From an uncultured Thiomicrospira sp. (GTDB lineage: Bacteria > Pseudomonadota > Gammaproteobacteria > CAKMZV01), in assembly GCA_965195345.1 (NCBI GenBank), contig OZ239628.1, positions 1,312,001-1,376,000 of the forward strand: a stretch of DNA of 64,000 bases, given 5' to 3'. Below the pieces are notes generated by a model, which saw only the letters and a list, made by a program, of their open reading frames with translations, made no database searches and was not told the origin of the DNA. This document shows positions 9,765 to 20,278 of the stretch, piece by piece (the first letter of the stretch is position 1; every line of letters starts with the position of its first letter). A program made the position numbers and the translations under genes.

Positions 9765-10610
9765 ATGCATATCCCTCAAGGTGCCATTCTCATTACAGGC
9801 TGCTCCAGCGGCATTGGGCTTTATTGCGCCCAAGCTCTTAAAAAATCAGGGTTTCAGGTATTGGCAAGCGCACGAAAAGAAACGGATGTTGAACTTTTAA
9901 AAGAACAAGGATTGAACGCATGTGTACTAGACGTTGATGATCCTCAAAGTATCGAATCAGGCTTGCAATGGGCAATTGAACAAAGCGACGGCAATTTATA
10001 CGCCCTTTTTAATAATGCTGGATTCGGGATTGTTAGCGCTGTTGAGGATTTGAGTCACGATGCTATGCTCGCGCAATTCTCTACTAACGTAATTGGCACA
10101 CAGACCTTAACCAACCAGTTTATTAACCATTTACGTCGCAATGGTAGCCCACCAGCACGTATTATTTATAATTCGTCGGTATTAGGATATGTTTCTATTC
10201 CTTTTCGTGGTGCTTACAATGCAAGTAAATACGCATTAGAAGGCTTTGCAGATAGTCTACGCTTAGAATTGGCACGCGATCCAATTGAGATCGTTTTGAT
10301 TGAACCCGGTCCTATTACCAGCAAATTTCGCCTTAACGCTATTGCTTCTTTTAATCGTTGGATTGATCCCGATAAAAGCCACTTCAAAGGCTATTACGCC
10401 AAACAAGCGGCAATATATAGTGATGTCAATAATTTACCTAAAATCCCTTTTACTCTTGAACCCGATGCCGTATATCGTGCTTTGTTACATGCGCTCACTA
10501 ACCGACATCCTAAGGCGCGCTATCGCATTACTTTCCCAAGCAAGCTGTTTTATTTATGCAAACGTCTATTACCAACGCGCTGGCTTGATGCCGTCTTATT
10601 AAAGATTTAA
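9765..10610 (+). CDS. Short-chain dehydrogenase/reductase (YbbO-like)
   Basis: ITGCSSGIG, FNNAGFG, YNASK (YxxxK), IEPGPI; start taken at ATG 9765. Confidence 0.9.
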   Translation: MHIPQGAILITGCSSGIGLYCAQALKKSGFQVLASARKETDVELLKEQGLNACVLDVDDPQSIESGLQWAIEQSDGNLYALFNNAGFGIVSAVEDLSHDAMLAQFSTNVIGTQTLTNQFINHLRRNGSPPARIIYNSSVLGYVSIPFRGAYNASKYALEGFADSLRLELARDPIEIVLIEPGPITSKFRLNAIASFNRWIDPDKSHFKGYYAKQAAIYSDVNNLPKIPFTLEPDAVYRALLHALTNRHPKARYRITFPSKLFYLCKRLLPTRWLDAVLLKI

Positions 10611-10646
10611 AAAACAGATTAAATCTTTAGAAGATGGCAGATCTTC
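10600..10646. terminator. Twin hairpins between convergent genes, candidate bidirectional terminator
   Basis: Perfect 11-bp inverted repeat TAAAGATTTAA (10600-10610) / TTAAATCTTTA (10619-10629), then GAAGAT/ATCTTC (10630-10646). AT-rich, so weak. Confidence 0.35.
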
Positions 10647-10701
10647 CATTCAAAAAAATTCACCAAGAATCCGAATATATCAGTATTCAATTTAGCAAAA
10701 A

Positions 10702-12768
10702 TTATACACTCGGCTTTATATGTTCCCAGATGATGGGATAGATGAACTGATGAAGAAATGTGCGTCCTTCAGGGTTATCGGCTATGGCAGTTTGAGTGCT
10801 GATGTTTTGACAAAAATCAACCTGATTTTGTAATGTACGCTTTTGTTGCTCAAGACGATGTAAGTATCCACGTTTTATGGGTGGGCGCTGCATCCATGAT
10901 TTCTTCTGTATTTCTCGAATTTCTCTATAGCACTTATCAATACTTTGTTCTATCTCATTAATACGACGATTAAAACGCTGATAGACTGTAGGAACGTACG
11001 CAGCTAATGCATGCAAATCGGATGATTTACTATGCCAAGCATTGGGAACGCACTGGCGACCGTACAATGTTTCCAAAAGTTCATGATTTTCGTCAGAATC
11101 TAATTGTTTACCTGAAACTTTTTCTCCAAATCGTTTGAAATCAGCAAGCACCAAATCCCACCAAATGAAGTCTGATCCTTTACCTTTCGGTGGCATTGCC
11201 AAAAATAAAGCAATGTGTTCTCTTTTAGCAAAGCGATAAATTAAATTTTCAGCTATGTGCTGAGCAGTTCGCCGCCCTATCGTATCAGCAATACAATCTG
11301 CCAATCGGGAAATAAAAGCATCAACTTCAGCAAGGAAATCATCCAAACTTTTCTTTGAGATACTGCTTGCGTGCCTGCCTCCACCAACCCTCCATAAGTT
11401 AGTGAACGGTTTATCACCAACAAAGACGCGAGAGGCTGACAAGTTAATCAGTTCATCTTTTGGTTGGCTTATCCGATCAGGATCATTGGCATTTCCGTAG
11501 CAGTAAACGAAACCAAAATGCCCTAATACTAAATTCGCAAAGTCAGGCGTAATGTTAAGATACATTTGTTCGAATGCAAGGCTTTCTGGATCGTTGCAGT
11601 TTCTGTTGGAACTGTAACTAAAGACTGCTTGGCGACAAACAATGTCTGCTGATGGTGTCACTAATGGGGGTTTTCCAGCATCTCTTCGCACGCGAGCAAC
11701 GTATTGTAAGTATGTATCAAGAAAAGCAATTTGTTCGTCGTGATTGGCTTCGGCATATTCTTTACTGAACTGAGTGCTCAGCATTTTAACAACCGATGGA
11801 ACCGCACCACCAGGAACACCTGCTAAGCAAAATCGCTCGCGTACATCTTGAGGAATTTGAGTATCAATGCGCGTTACATTTGCAAAATAACTATGAAGAT
11901 AATCTATGATTTTATTGAGTCCATCACGATTGAGCGTTTGAACGTTTTGAAGATCGACAAAGTCCATCATATCGTGGTGTGCTGTGCCACGAATTAAAGG
12001 AGGTAAGGCAAGTTCAATACCGTCTATATTACATGCCAATGCTGTTTCGATGGTTTTTAAGGATTGGCTCTCATAGGTAGAATGAATATGTAGAGTGATG
12101 GGATGATTAGGAAATGCTTGCTTAAGTCGAGTAATTAATTCTCTTGCGCGATCCGCACTAAGTTGTCCTGCCATATCTTTTATACATAAGGATTTAAAGC
12201 CCTTTTCAACCAGTTTACGCGCATAATTCAAATAATATTCAATCGTATAAATAGGTTCTTCGCCTGTTTTTAAATCACCGTCGGTGGTGTATGATAACGC
12301 CCCCTGCATATGAATATTGCTGTCAGCATCAAAGTTAAAAAAGTTTATATTTCTTATATCATTCAAAGCATCGAAAGTTCTGAAAACCTGAATGCCAGCT
12401 TGGGCATGTTGTCTGATTAGTTCTTCTTGTACACTGGGATCGACTGGATCAAATCCCATACCGTTGGGACCACGCATCAACACTTGCAATTGCAGCTTAC
12501 TATCTCTTTTATCCAAATTATCTATCTCGTCTTTCGATTTATGAATTAATCGAAAAGGATTCTGACCATTTAGAATCGCAATTTCCCAAAACCGTCCACC
12601 ACCAATCTCCATAGCAGGAATATTTGCTTCAATCGCAGCATCTGTCAACTCAATTAGCTTTGTACCACTTACAGCCCACTGATCATCAGCAAGTGTCGAC
12701 TGTTGAGAATCACGCAACAACCATAATATCTGCGTTTTATTCTCCGCTTGGGCTTTTTTTAAGTACAT
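10702..12768 (-). CDS. Divergent carboxyltransferase-domain protein (oxaloacetate decarboxylase alpha / pyruvate carboxylase / transcarboxylase 5S family), no biotin domain, unknown C-terminal region
   Basis: LRDSQQS, QVLMRG, FRTFDALND, CIKDMAG, LHIH, VPGG, GKPPLVTPSADIV match the family motifs in order; no AMKM biotinylation motif. Confidence 0.8.
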   Translation of the reverse strand: MYLKKAQAENKTQILWLLRDSQQSTLADDQWAVSGTKLIELTDAAIEANIPAMEIGGGRFWEIAILNGQNPFRLIHKSKDEIDNLDKRDSKLQLQVLMRGPNGMGFDPVDPSVQEELIRQHAQAGIQVFRTFDALNDIRNINFFNFDADSNIHMQGALSYTTDGDLKTGEEPIYTIEYYLNYARKLVEKGFKSLCIKDMAGQLSADRARELITRLKQAFPNHPITLHIHSTYESQSLKTIETALACNIDGIELALPPLIRGTAHHDMMDFVDLQNVQTLNRDGLNKIIDYLHSYFANVTRIDTQIPQDVRERFCLAGVPGGAVPSVVKMLSTQFSKEYAEANHDEQIAFLDTYLQYVARVRRDAGKPPLVTPSADIVCRQAVFSYSSNRNCNDPESLAFEQMYLNITPDFANLVLGHFGFVYCYGNANDPDRISQPKDELINLSASRVFVGDKPFTNLWRVGGGRHASSISKKSLDDFLAEVDAFISRLADCIADTIGRRTAQHIAENLIYRFAKREHIALFLAMPPKGKGSDFIWWDLVLADFKRFGEKVSGKQLDSDENHELLETLYGRQCVPNAWHSKSSDLHALAAYVPTVYQRFNRRINEIEQSIDKCYREIREIQKKSWMQRPPIKRGYLHRLEQQKRTLQNQVDFCQNISTQTAIADNPEGRTFLHQFIYPIIWEHIKPSV

Positions 12769-12790
12769 CTTTTATCTCTCGTTTAGACTC

Positions 12791-12806
12791 AGGGCGGGGT
12801 ATTATA
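12791..12806 (-). promoter_or_regulatory. Candidate -10 box plus GC-rich discriminator for the carboxyltransferase-like gene
   Basis: Minus strand reads TATAAT-ACCCCGCCCT about 32 nt upstream of the ATG; no recognisable -35. Confidence 0.45.
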
Positions 12807-12878
12807 CTTTGATGCATCGCCTAATTGATGAAGGAGACTGCACGAGGTTTAATAAATTGTTGCTTTTTAACACTATGA

Positions 12879-13352
12879 TTACTTCCTACTATAAACTTCA
12901 AAGGTATAGTCATATCCATGGCGCGCATCAGCATTGTGCTTTTCATGTGTTTCAAGCACCCATTCATCTTTATTCCAATTTGGAAAATAAGCATCGCCGT
13001 CAATATTGATATCGACGTGCGTCAGATACAAATAATTTGCAATATCAATCGTAGCTTCATATATCTGAGCCCCTCCAATAATCATCACATCTTCCTCACT
13101 ATCAAGACAGGAGAAATTGTCAACACATTCAGTATTAAGAGGCAAATCCAGACTTTGACGGCTAAGCACCAAATTGCGGCGACCAGGCAACGGTTTAATT
13201 GGCAAAGAATCCCATGTTTTTCTGCCCATGAAAATCGTTTTTCCAAGTGTATGTTTTTTAAAAAATGCAAAATCGTTTGGCAAGTGCCATAACATTTGAT
13301 TGTCTTTACCGATAACACCGTTAGTACCTACAGCACAGATTAATGAAATCAT
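12879..13352 (-). CDS. folA: Dihydrofolate reductase
   Basis: [44 protein letters not shown]; overlaps the thyA stop. Confidence 0.97.
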   Translation of the reverse strand: MISLICAVGTNGVIGKDNQMLWHLPNDFAFFKKHTLGKTIFMGRKTWDSLPIKPLPGRRNLVLSRQSLDLPLNTECVDNFSCLDSEEDVMIIGGAQIYEATIDIANYLYLTHVDINIDGDAYFPNWNKDEWVLETHEKHNADARHGYDYTFEVYSRK

Positions 13353-14140
13353 ACAGCAATAGGAGCAGAAATATGCGGGTGCGCTTGATAGTTTTCCAGC
13401 CTAAAATCAGAAAAGCTAAAAGCATCAATGCTTTGAACACTAGGATTAAGAGTCAACGTTGATAACACCATTGGCTCTCTTTGTAACTGCACTTTTGCCT
13501 GATCTATATGGTTTTCGTATATGTGGACATCCCCTCCTGTCCATACAAAATCCCCTACTTGCAGACCACAAACTTGTGCAACCATCATCGTTAATAAAGC
13601 GTAGCTTGCAATGTTGAATGGAACGCCTAAAAAAGCATCCGCTGAACGTTGATAAAGTTGACAACTAAGCCGTCCATCGGCTACGTAAAATTGAAACAAA
13701 CAATGACAAGGTGTTAATGCCATTTTGTCAAGTTCTCCAACATTCCAAGCCGAGACGATCAATCGCCTTGAATCAGGATTATTTTTAATTTCATTGATGA
13801 TTTTAAGTAATTGATCGATTTCACCATCCGAACTTTTCCAACTGCGCCATTGGCTTCCATATATAGGTCCAAGATCACCCTGTTCATCCGCCCACTCATT
13901 CCAAATGCGCACGCCATTTTCTTGTAAGTACTTAATATTGGTATCACCTTTAATGAACCATAGCAATTCATACAAAATTGATTTAAAGTGCAATTTTTTT
14001 GTAGTTAATAGTGGAAATCCATTGTTAAGATTAAATCGCATTTGATAACCTAATACCGAACGCGTTCCAACGCCAGTACGATCGCTTTTATGGCACCCTT
14101 TTTTCAAAACATGATCAAGCAGCTGTAAATACTGATGCAT
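13349..14140 (-). CDS. thyA: Thymidylate synthase
   Basis: True start probably MHQYL at 14140; [27 protein letters not shown] (catalytic Cys), [15 protein letters not shown]. Confidence 0.98.
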   Translation of the reverse strand: MHQYLQLLDHVLKKGCHKSDRTGVGTRSVLGYQMRFNLNNGFPLLTTKKLHFKSILYELLWFIKGDTNIKYLQENGVRIWNEWADEQGDLGPIYGSQWRSWKSSDGEIDQLLKIINEIKNNPDSRRLIVSAWNVGELDKMALTPCHCLFQFYVADGRLSCQLYQRSADAFLGVPFNIASYALLTMMVAQVCGLQVGDFVWTGGDVHIYENHIDQAKVQLQREPMVLSTLTLNPSVQSIDAFSFSDFRLENYQAHPHISAPIAV

Positions 14141-14145
14141 TTTAA

Positions 14146-14952
14146 CTATTTTGCTGGAGCCTTTGAATAAGCCCAAATGATCAGTCCAATGCCTAAAAGC
14201 AACATCGGTAAAGACAGGAGGTGTCCCATTGTTAGCCAATCCCCTGTTAAGTAGCCAATATGTGCATCAGGAACTCGCCATATTTCGACGGTGGATCGAA
14301 ATACGGCATACCCAATGAGAAAAAGTCCTGTAATCACTTTTCTTCTAGGTTTAACATACCTTGCAATAATCCATAAAATAGCTAATAGCGCAACGCCTTC
14401 AAGAGCAAATTCAAGCAATTGAGTTGGGTATTTTTCTACATCTTTAGCAAGCGCAACATCGTAAACACGCATGCCCCAGAAAGAGCCTTCAGGAGCCTGT
14501 TTTCCCCAAAGCTCAGAGTTTATAAAATTGCCAATTCGACCTGCACCAAGCCCAGGTGGCACACACATCGCGACAAAATCAGTAACCGCAAACAAAGAGA
14601 TTTTATGTTTTTTTGCAAATAGAAAGAGTGATAAAGAAACACCAATCAAACCGCCATGGAAGGACATTCCACCTTGCCAAACTCGTAATAATGCTACAGG
14701 GTTTTCAATGTAGTAGTCTAAGTTGTAAAAAAGCATGTAGCCAATGCGTCCACCAACAATCATGCCAATGGCGATGTAAAACACCACATCATCAACCATG
14801 ACTTTGGTCCACGCATTATTTGGCCATTTACACTGTATTCGTCCAAGCCACCAACCTAAAAAACAGCCGACAACGTACATAAGTCCGTACCAATGCACGA
14901 CCACCGCTCCAAAGTCTAAGGCTACTGGATTTGGATACGGATATTCAAACAT
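14146..14952 (-). CDS. lgt: Prolipoprotein diacylglyceryl transferase
   Basis: [43 protein letters not shown]. Confidence 0.97.
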   Translation of the reverse strand: MFEYPYPNPVALDFGAVVVHWYGLMYVVGCFLGWWLGRIQCKWPNNAWTKVMVDDVVFYIAIGMIVGGRIGYMLFYNLDYYIENPVALLRVWQGGMSFHGGLIGVSLSLFLFAKKHKISLFAVTDFVAMCVPPGLGAGRIGNFINSELWGKQAPEGSFWGMRVYDVALAKDVEKYPTQLLEFALEGVALLAILWIIARYVKPRRKVITGLFLIGYAVFRSTVEIWRVPDAHIGYLTGDWLTMGHLLSLPMLLLGIGLIIWAYSKAPAK

Positions 14953-14956
14953 TTTT

Positions 14957-17032
14957 TCAGGAGAGTAATGCCTTCATCGATAACCGAACACGTCCTTGCT
15001 TATCAACACTCAAAACCTTCACTTTTACAGTGTCTCCTTCCTTTAAGTACTCTTTAACATCGTGTACACGGTCATTGGCAATTTCAGAAATATGAACCAA
15101 CCCTTCTTTACTTGGTAATACCGATACGAAAGCACCAAAATCAACAATTTTAATAACGGTCCCTTCATACACTCTATTAACTTCAACTTCTTCAACCAGC
15201 TGCTCAACCCATTTTTTAGCTTTTTCTGCCGCTTCTCCATCGCTTGCAGCAATAGTAACTAACCCTTCATCATTGATTGAAACTTCTGTGCCCGTTTCTT
15301 CTTGGATATTACGAATGACAGAACCGCCCTTACCAATAACATCACCGATTTTATCAACTGGAACTTGAATGGTTGTCAAACGGGGAGCATACTGTGAGTA
15401 ATCATCACGCTTTGTTGATATGGTTTTTGCCATTTCATTCAATATGTGAATTCGCCCATCATTCGCTTGCGATAAAGCTTTCTCCATTATCTCGCGCGTA
15501 ATGCCTTCGATTTTTATGTCCATTTGCAAAGCGGTTACTCCATTAGCAGTTCCTGCAACTTTGAAATCCATATCGCCCAAATGATCTTCATCACCCAGTA
15601 TGTCTGAAAGCACTCGATAGTTGTCACCCTCTTTGATGAGCCCCATTGCGATCCCAGAGACAGGTGCTTTTATAGGCACACCTGCATCCATCAATGCCAT
15701 AGATGAGCCACATACCGAAGCCATTGAGCTGGAACCATTTGATTCGGTTATTTCAGATACCATGCGCAATACATAGGGAAAGTCTTCACTGTTTGGCAGT
15801 ACTGCCATGATCCCTCTTTTAGCAAGCATTCCGTGCCCAATTTCACGACGTGAAGTTACACCTGAACGCCCGCATTCTCCAACTGAGTAGGAAGGGAAGT
15901 TGTAGTGGAAAAGGCAATTGCTTTTGTACTCTCCTTCAATGTCATCAATGCGTTGAGAGTCACGCTCAGTACCCATTGTTACTGTTACGATGGATTGCGT
16001 TTCGCCACGAGTAAATAACGAGGAACCATGTGTTCTTGGTAGCACACCAACGCGTGTATTAATTGGTCTTACCGTAACCAAATCACGTCCATCAATACGA
16101 GGTTCATCATTGAGTATGCGCCCACGAACGATGCTTTTTTCCAATTTGTTTAGTAGCCCAGAAACTTCTTCAGCGTTTTCATCGCTGGCAATTTCGGCTA
16201 CCATCTGCTCTTTAACTGCGCGTACTGCAATCTGTCTTTGTTGCTTATCAGAAATATCATACGCTTTTGACAATTCACTTTCAGCAGCTTGTTTTACTTT
16301 CTCCACAAGGCTTGCATCCGATTCATCGAGCTGCCAATTCCATTTTTCTTTCCCTGCTTCTGCTACCAATTCATTGATGGCATTGATGGCAATTTGCATT
16401 TGTTCGTGTCCGTATGTAACCGCATCAAGCATCACTTGTTCTGATAGCTCGTCTGCTTGGGACTCAACCATCAAAACAGCATTTGCAGTACCAGCAACCG
16501 AAAGTTCAAGCTTCGATTCTTTCAATTGTTCGTGACTGGGGTTAAGTACTAATTGACTGTCCACATATCCAATTTTAACTGCACCAATTGGACCGTTAAA
16601 CGGCACACCTGATAAAGCAAGGGCTGCTGAAGTACCTAGCATAGCAGCTACTTCCGCGCCCATTGAAGGATCAAGAGACATAACTTGTGCCGTAACCTGC
16701 ACTTCATTTAGAAATCCTTTAGGAAATAACGGACGGATTGGACGATCTATCAAACGAGACGTTAAGATTTCTTTCTCAGTTGGACGCCCTTCGCGACGGA
16801 AGAAACTTCCTGGAATGCGGCCTGCCGCATAATGCTTCTCAATATAGTTGACTGTAAGCGGGAAAAAACTTTGTCCTTCTTTGGCACTATCGGAGGCAAC
16901 AACTGCGACTAATACATAAGTATCTCCAATCTTTACTTCTACCGATCCTGTTGCTTGTCTAGCAACTTCTCCAGTCCGCAATATCACTTCATGCGCTCCG
17001 TATTGAAAACGCTTCTCTACTATGTTACTCAT
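14957..17032 (-). CDS. pnp: Polyribonucleotide nucleotidyltransferase (PNPase)
   Basis: [53 protein letters not shown] and S1 domains. Confidence 0.99.
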   Translation of the reverse strand: MSNIVEKRFQYGAHEVILRTGEVARQATGSVEVKIGDTYVLVAVVASDSAKEGQSFFPLTVNYIEKHYAAGRIPGSFFRREGRPTEKEILTSRLIDRPIRPLFPKGFLNEVQVTAQVMSLDPSMGAEVAAMLGTSAALALSGVPFNGPIGAVKIGYVDSQLVLNPSHEQLKESKLELSVAGTANAVLMVESQADELSEQVMLDAVTYGHEQMQIAINAINELVAEAGKEKWNWQLDESDASLVEKVKQAAESELSKAYDISDKQQRQIAVRAVKEQMVAEIASDENAEEVSGLLNKLEKSIVRGRILNDEPRIDGRDLVTVRPINTRVGVLPRTHGSSLFTRGETQSIVTVTMGTERDSQRIDDIEGEYKSNCLFHYNFPSYSVGECGRSGVTSRREIGHGMLAKRGIMAVLPNSEDFPYVLRMVSEITESNGSSSMASVCGSSMALMDAGVPIKAPVSGIAMGLIKEGDNYRVLSDILGDEDHLGDMDFKVAGTANGVTALQMDIKIEGITREIMEKALSQANDGRIHILNEMAKTISTKRDDYSQYAPRLTTIQVPVDKIGDVIGKGGSVIRNIQEETGTEVSINDEGLVTIAASDGEAAEKAKKWVEQLVEEVEVNRVYEGTVIKIVDFGAFVSVLPSKEGLVHISEIANDRVHDVKEYLKEGDTVKVKVLSVDKQGRVRLSMKALLS

Positions 17033-17142
17033 AAATTTCCTGTAATTCTCTGCAGATCATGCAGAATGATAAAAAATCGAGGCATGCCAAATTAAGATTC
17101 AACTGCTCTGTGCCAAAATGTCTAAAAATGCGAATAATAATG

Positions 17143-17412
17143 TTATTTACGCAAACCAAGACGACCTATCAATTCAAGATATCTGTGATGCGACTTGCTC
17201 TGTAAGTAGCGTAGCAGACGACGACGTTTGTTAACTTGGCGCAACAAACCTTGACGAGAATGATGATCTTTTTTATGGGTTTTAAAGTGCTCAGTTAAGT
17301 GTTTAATGCTAGCTGTTAGCAAAGCCACTTGTACTTCTGGGGATCCTGTATCGCCCTCGTGAACTGCATAATCAGTAATAATAGTACGTTTTGTATCGAC
17401 ATCAATTGACAT
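17143..17412 (-). CDS. rpsO: 30S ribosomal protein S15
   Basis: [29 protein letters not shown]; 89 aa; AAGGAG RBS; upstream of pnp. Confidence 0.99.
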   Translation of the reverse strand: MSIDVDTKRTIITDYAVHEGDTGSPEVQVALLTASIKHLTEHFKTHKKDHHSRQGLLRQVNKRRRLLRYLQSKSHHRYLELIGRLGLRK

Positions 17413-17500
17413 ATAACTCCTTGAAAGTTAGAACGATCTTAAAAATCTAAAAATTGTTATCACACCACGACCGTTTGCAGAGTGATAACTTACCATTGTA
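17413..17500 (-). promoter_or_regulatory. rpsO promoter and structured 5' leader (candidate S15 autoregulatory element)
   Basis: TACAAT -10 at 17495-17500 (minus strand), then an 8-bp stem GTTATCAC/GTGATAAC (17456-17463 with 17482-17489) ahead of the RBS. Confidence 0.5.
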
Positions 17501-17625
17501 TCTTATCATCACTACGGTATGCTTTCTTGAATGCCAATTATCTCCATAATGTTAGAATAAAACATACAGCATCTCATTAACTGTTTCTGAGTGCTATCTA
17601 TTTCATTAAACCTGAGGATATTGCA

Positions 17626-18063
17626 ATGCTTAAAGTTCAAACGGGAGGATGTTTGTGCAAGGAAGTGCGTTTCAAAGTTAATGGCCCTTTGCGTGGTGTG
17701 GTGAATTGCCACTGCAGCATGTGCCGTAAGCTAATGGGTTGCTATGGTGCGCATACTAAAGCACGTAACGAGCATATTGAAATAACCAAGTCTGATGGAC
17801 TTAAATGGTATTCGTGTGATGACGGAATTGCATTGCGTGGTTTTTGTAGTCAGTGTGGCTCAACAATTTTTTGGAAACCAGAAAACCAAGAAGCTACTGG
17901 CATTGTTGCTGGCTGCATGGATAATATTGATCACCTTGAAACCATTGGTCATATTTTTGTAGCAGATAAAGCGCAATTCTATGAAATTGCCGATAATTTA
18001 CCACAATTCTCTGGTTCATCCAATGGGCAATTACCCGACGATACGTTAAAAAAATCTGAATAA
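17626..18063 (+). CDS. GFA (glutathione-dependent formaldehyde-activating / CENP-V) family zinc protein
   Basis: GGCLC, CHCSMCRK, FCSQCGS cysteine pattern; HIFVADKA. Confidence 0.92.
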   Translation: MLKVQTGGCLCKEVRFKVNGPLRGVVNCHCSMCRKLMGCYGAHTKARNEHIEITKSDGLKWYSCDDGIALRGFCSQCGSTIFWKPENQEATGIVAGCMDNIDHLETIGHIFVADKAQFYEIADNLPQFSGSSNGQLPDDTLKKSE

Positions 18064-18106
18064 TATTGAATTTTAAACGACATTGTTCTACTTAAATCCA
18101 TTCAAT

Positions 18107-18847
18107 CTAAAACGAATCTTTAGTAAAATTTGATTGTAAGTTCGTAAGCTCTTCCGCCATTGTGGCATCAAAACGTTGTGGAAGTTTTTTTTGCGTCGCC
18201 AATAAAGACTGATAACGCCTCCATTGAACAATTCTACGGTGATCCCCACTTAATAGCACAGATGGCACAGTCATTCCGTCAACGCTATCTGGACGTGTGT
18301 AGTGAGGACAATCAAGGCTTCCATCCACACCAAAAGAATCCTCCTCAGAAGACGCATCGTTCCCAAGCACTCCAGGAATTAAGCGCGCACAAGCATCTAT
18401 AATGCTCATAGCAGCCAATTCTCCCCCACTTAACACAAAAGGTCCAATACTAAGTTCTTCACAAACAAAAGCATCAATAACTCGCTGATCTATTCCTTCA
18501 TATCTTCCACAAAGCAAAGCAAAATGTGTGTTAGTACACATTTTTCGTGCCTTATTTTGATTAAATTGCTTACCTTGAGGGGATAAATAATAAATCGGTA
18601 TTTTAGGATTATTTTTCTTTAAAGCTCGTATGCAATTTGCTAATGGTTCATACATCATCACCATTCCAGGACCACCACCAAAAGGGCGATCATCAACTCG
18701 TTTCCATTTATCATCAACAAAATCACGAGGATTCCAAAATCCAAATTCCACTAAACCCCGTTTATGGGCTCGTGCAACAATTCCTTCTTCACGTAAAGCA
18801 TCAAAGATAGATGGGAATAATGTGATTATTTCGACTTTCACAACCAA
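18107..18847 (-). CDS. trmD: tRNA (guanine-37-N1)-methyltransferase
   Basis: IITLFP, VDDRPFGGGPGMVM, YLSPQG, CGRYEGIDQR, SIGPFVLSGGE, LDCPHYTRP, LLSGDH. Confidence 0.98.
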   Translation of the reverse strand: MVVKVEIITLFPSIFDALREEGIVARAHKRGLVEFGFWNPRDFVDDKWKRVDDRPFGGGPGMVMMYEPLANCIRALKKNNPKIPIYYLSPQGKQFNQNKARKMCTNTHFALLCGRYEGIDQRVIDAFVCEELSIGPFVLSGGELAAMSIIDACARLIPGVLGNDASSEEDSFGVDGSLDCPHYTRPDSVDGMTVPSVLLSGDHRRIVQWRRYQSLLATQKKLPQRFDATMAEELTNLQSNFTKDSF

Positions 18848-19359
18848 TCTTTTTGCCAGTGAACTCGGATTGCATCGCCAATTTGGTACACTATTTCAGG
18901 ACGACGAAAAGGTATCAAATAACGATTTTTACCCTCAACCACAAGCACATCATTTGCGCCTGTTTCCATTAAATCAATAACTTTTCCCATAACGATTCCA
19001 TCACTGTTTATCACTTCTTTGCCTATTAATTCATGCCAATAATACTCCCCCTCTTGCAAAGGAGGAAGTTGATCATCATCTATATAAATAGTGCTTTTTT
19101 GATAATTGATGGATGCTTCTGGAGAATCTAATCCAGCTAATTTTGCCAAAATAGATTGACCACCTTTATGCTCTTTACCGTCTTCAAGTTTAAAAGACAA
19201 CAGAGTATTTTTGTGTTCAATTTTCCAATTCGAATATTGCAATATTCCAACACGTGGTTGCATATAAGAGTAAATCCGCAGCCAGCCTTTTACTCCGTAT
19301 GTTCCATTTATATGTCCTACTTGTATTGGCAAAATTATTTGATTGGTTTTGCTACGCAA
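18838..19359 (-). CDS. rimM: Ribosome maturation factor RimM
   Basis: VGHINGTYGVKGWL, GEYYWHELIG, ETGANDVLVV, LIPF. Start uncertain (TTG 19359 or TTG 19332). Confidence 0.95.
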   Translation of the reverse strand: MRSKTNQIILPIQVGHINGTYGVKGWLRIYSYMQPRVGILQYSNWKIEHKNTLLSFKLEDGKEHKGGQSILAKLAGLDSPEASINYQKSTIYIDDDQLPPLQEGEYYWHELIGKEVINSDGIVMGKVIDLMETGANDVLVVEGKNRYLIPFRRPEIVYQIGDAIRVHWQKDWL

Positions 19360-20263
19360 CCTTTGAATGAATGAAATTGATGGGAACGTCGGATTCGTTG
19401 TCAAACTCAACAACTGTCCATCTCTCGGATAATTCGTTGAGCGCGCGCAACAATTTGTTATTCAAAGCATGCCCCGATTTGTGCGCAGTGTAACTGCCAA
19501 TTATGTAATATCCAAAAACATATAAATCACCAACGGCATCAAGTACTTTATGCTTAACAGGCTCTTCATCAATACGAAAGCCTCCTTCATTTATTGGTCC
19601 ATTGTCACCTAAAACGATTGCATTGTTAACACTGCCGCCCAGCGCCATGTTATTGTTCTGCAACATCTCAACATCTTTTAAAAAACCAAAAGTACGCGCA
19701 CGCGCTACTTCTTTTAAAAAGGAGGTATTCGAAAAATCCACAGTGGAAAAATTAGACTCATTATTGAATGCAGGATGTTCAAAATCAACGGTGAAAGTCA
19801 GCTTAAATCCTTCATAAGGTTCGAGACGAGCCCAACCGCCTTTTTCATCATGTACTTCAATCGTATCAAGTATGCGTAAGAATTGTTTAGGAACATCTTG
19901 CTCTTGCAGCCCAGCCGACTGTAATACAAATATAAATTCGGAAGCAGAACCGTCAAGAATGGGGACTTCAAACGAGTTAATATCGATGAATATATTATCG
20001 ATGCCTAAACCATACAAGGAAGACATTAAGTGTTCTATTGTTGTAACCTTTACATTGCCCTTAACTAAACTCGTACAAAGCATAGTTTCTTTAACTAAAT
20101 CGGTTGACACTTTAAATTCAACCACTGGATCCAAATCAATTCGTCTGAACACAATACCCGTGTTAATCGGAGCGGGGTTTAAAGTGATTGTAACGGGCAA
20201 TCCATTATGCAGTCCCACGCCTGAAACACTGATTACATATTTGATTGTTGCTTGATTTTTCAT
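19352..20263 (-). CDS. lpxC: UDP-3-O-acyl-N-acetylglucosamine deacetylase
   Basis: GVGLHNG, TIEHLMS, EVPILDGSA, ARARTFGF, HKVLDAVGDL, KSGHALN. Confidence 0.98.
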   Translation of the reverse strand: MKNQATIKYVISVSGVGLHNGLPVTITLNPAPINTGIVFRRIDLDPVVEFKVSTDLVKETMLCTSLVKGNVKVTTIEHLMSSLYGLGIDNIFIDINSFEVPILDGSASEFIFVLQSAGLQEQDVPKQFLRILDTIEVHDEKGGWARLEPYEGFKLTFTVDFEHPAFNNESNFSTVDFSNTSFLKEVARARTFGFLKDVEMLQNNNMALGGSVNNAIVLGDNGPINEGGFRIDEEPVKHKVLDAVGDLYVFGYYIIGSYTAHKSGHALNNKLLRALNELSERWTVVEFDNESDVPINFIHSKVA

Positions 20264-20278
20264 GTATTTTCCTAGAAA

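Noticed and set aside
15990-16535. Long antisense ORFs (15990-16535, 19872-20255, 38787-39260 and similar)
   Set aside because: Shadow ORFs opposite conserved genes (pnp, lpxC, dnaB), with no independent coding signal.
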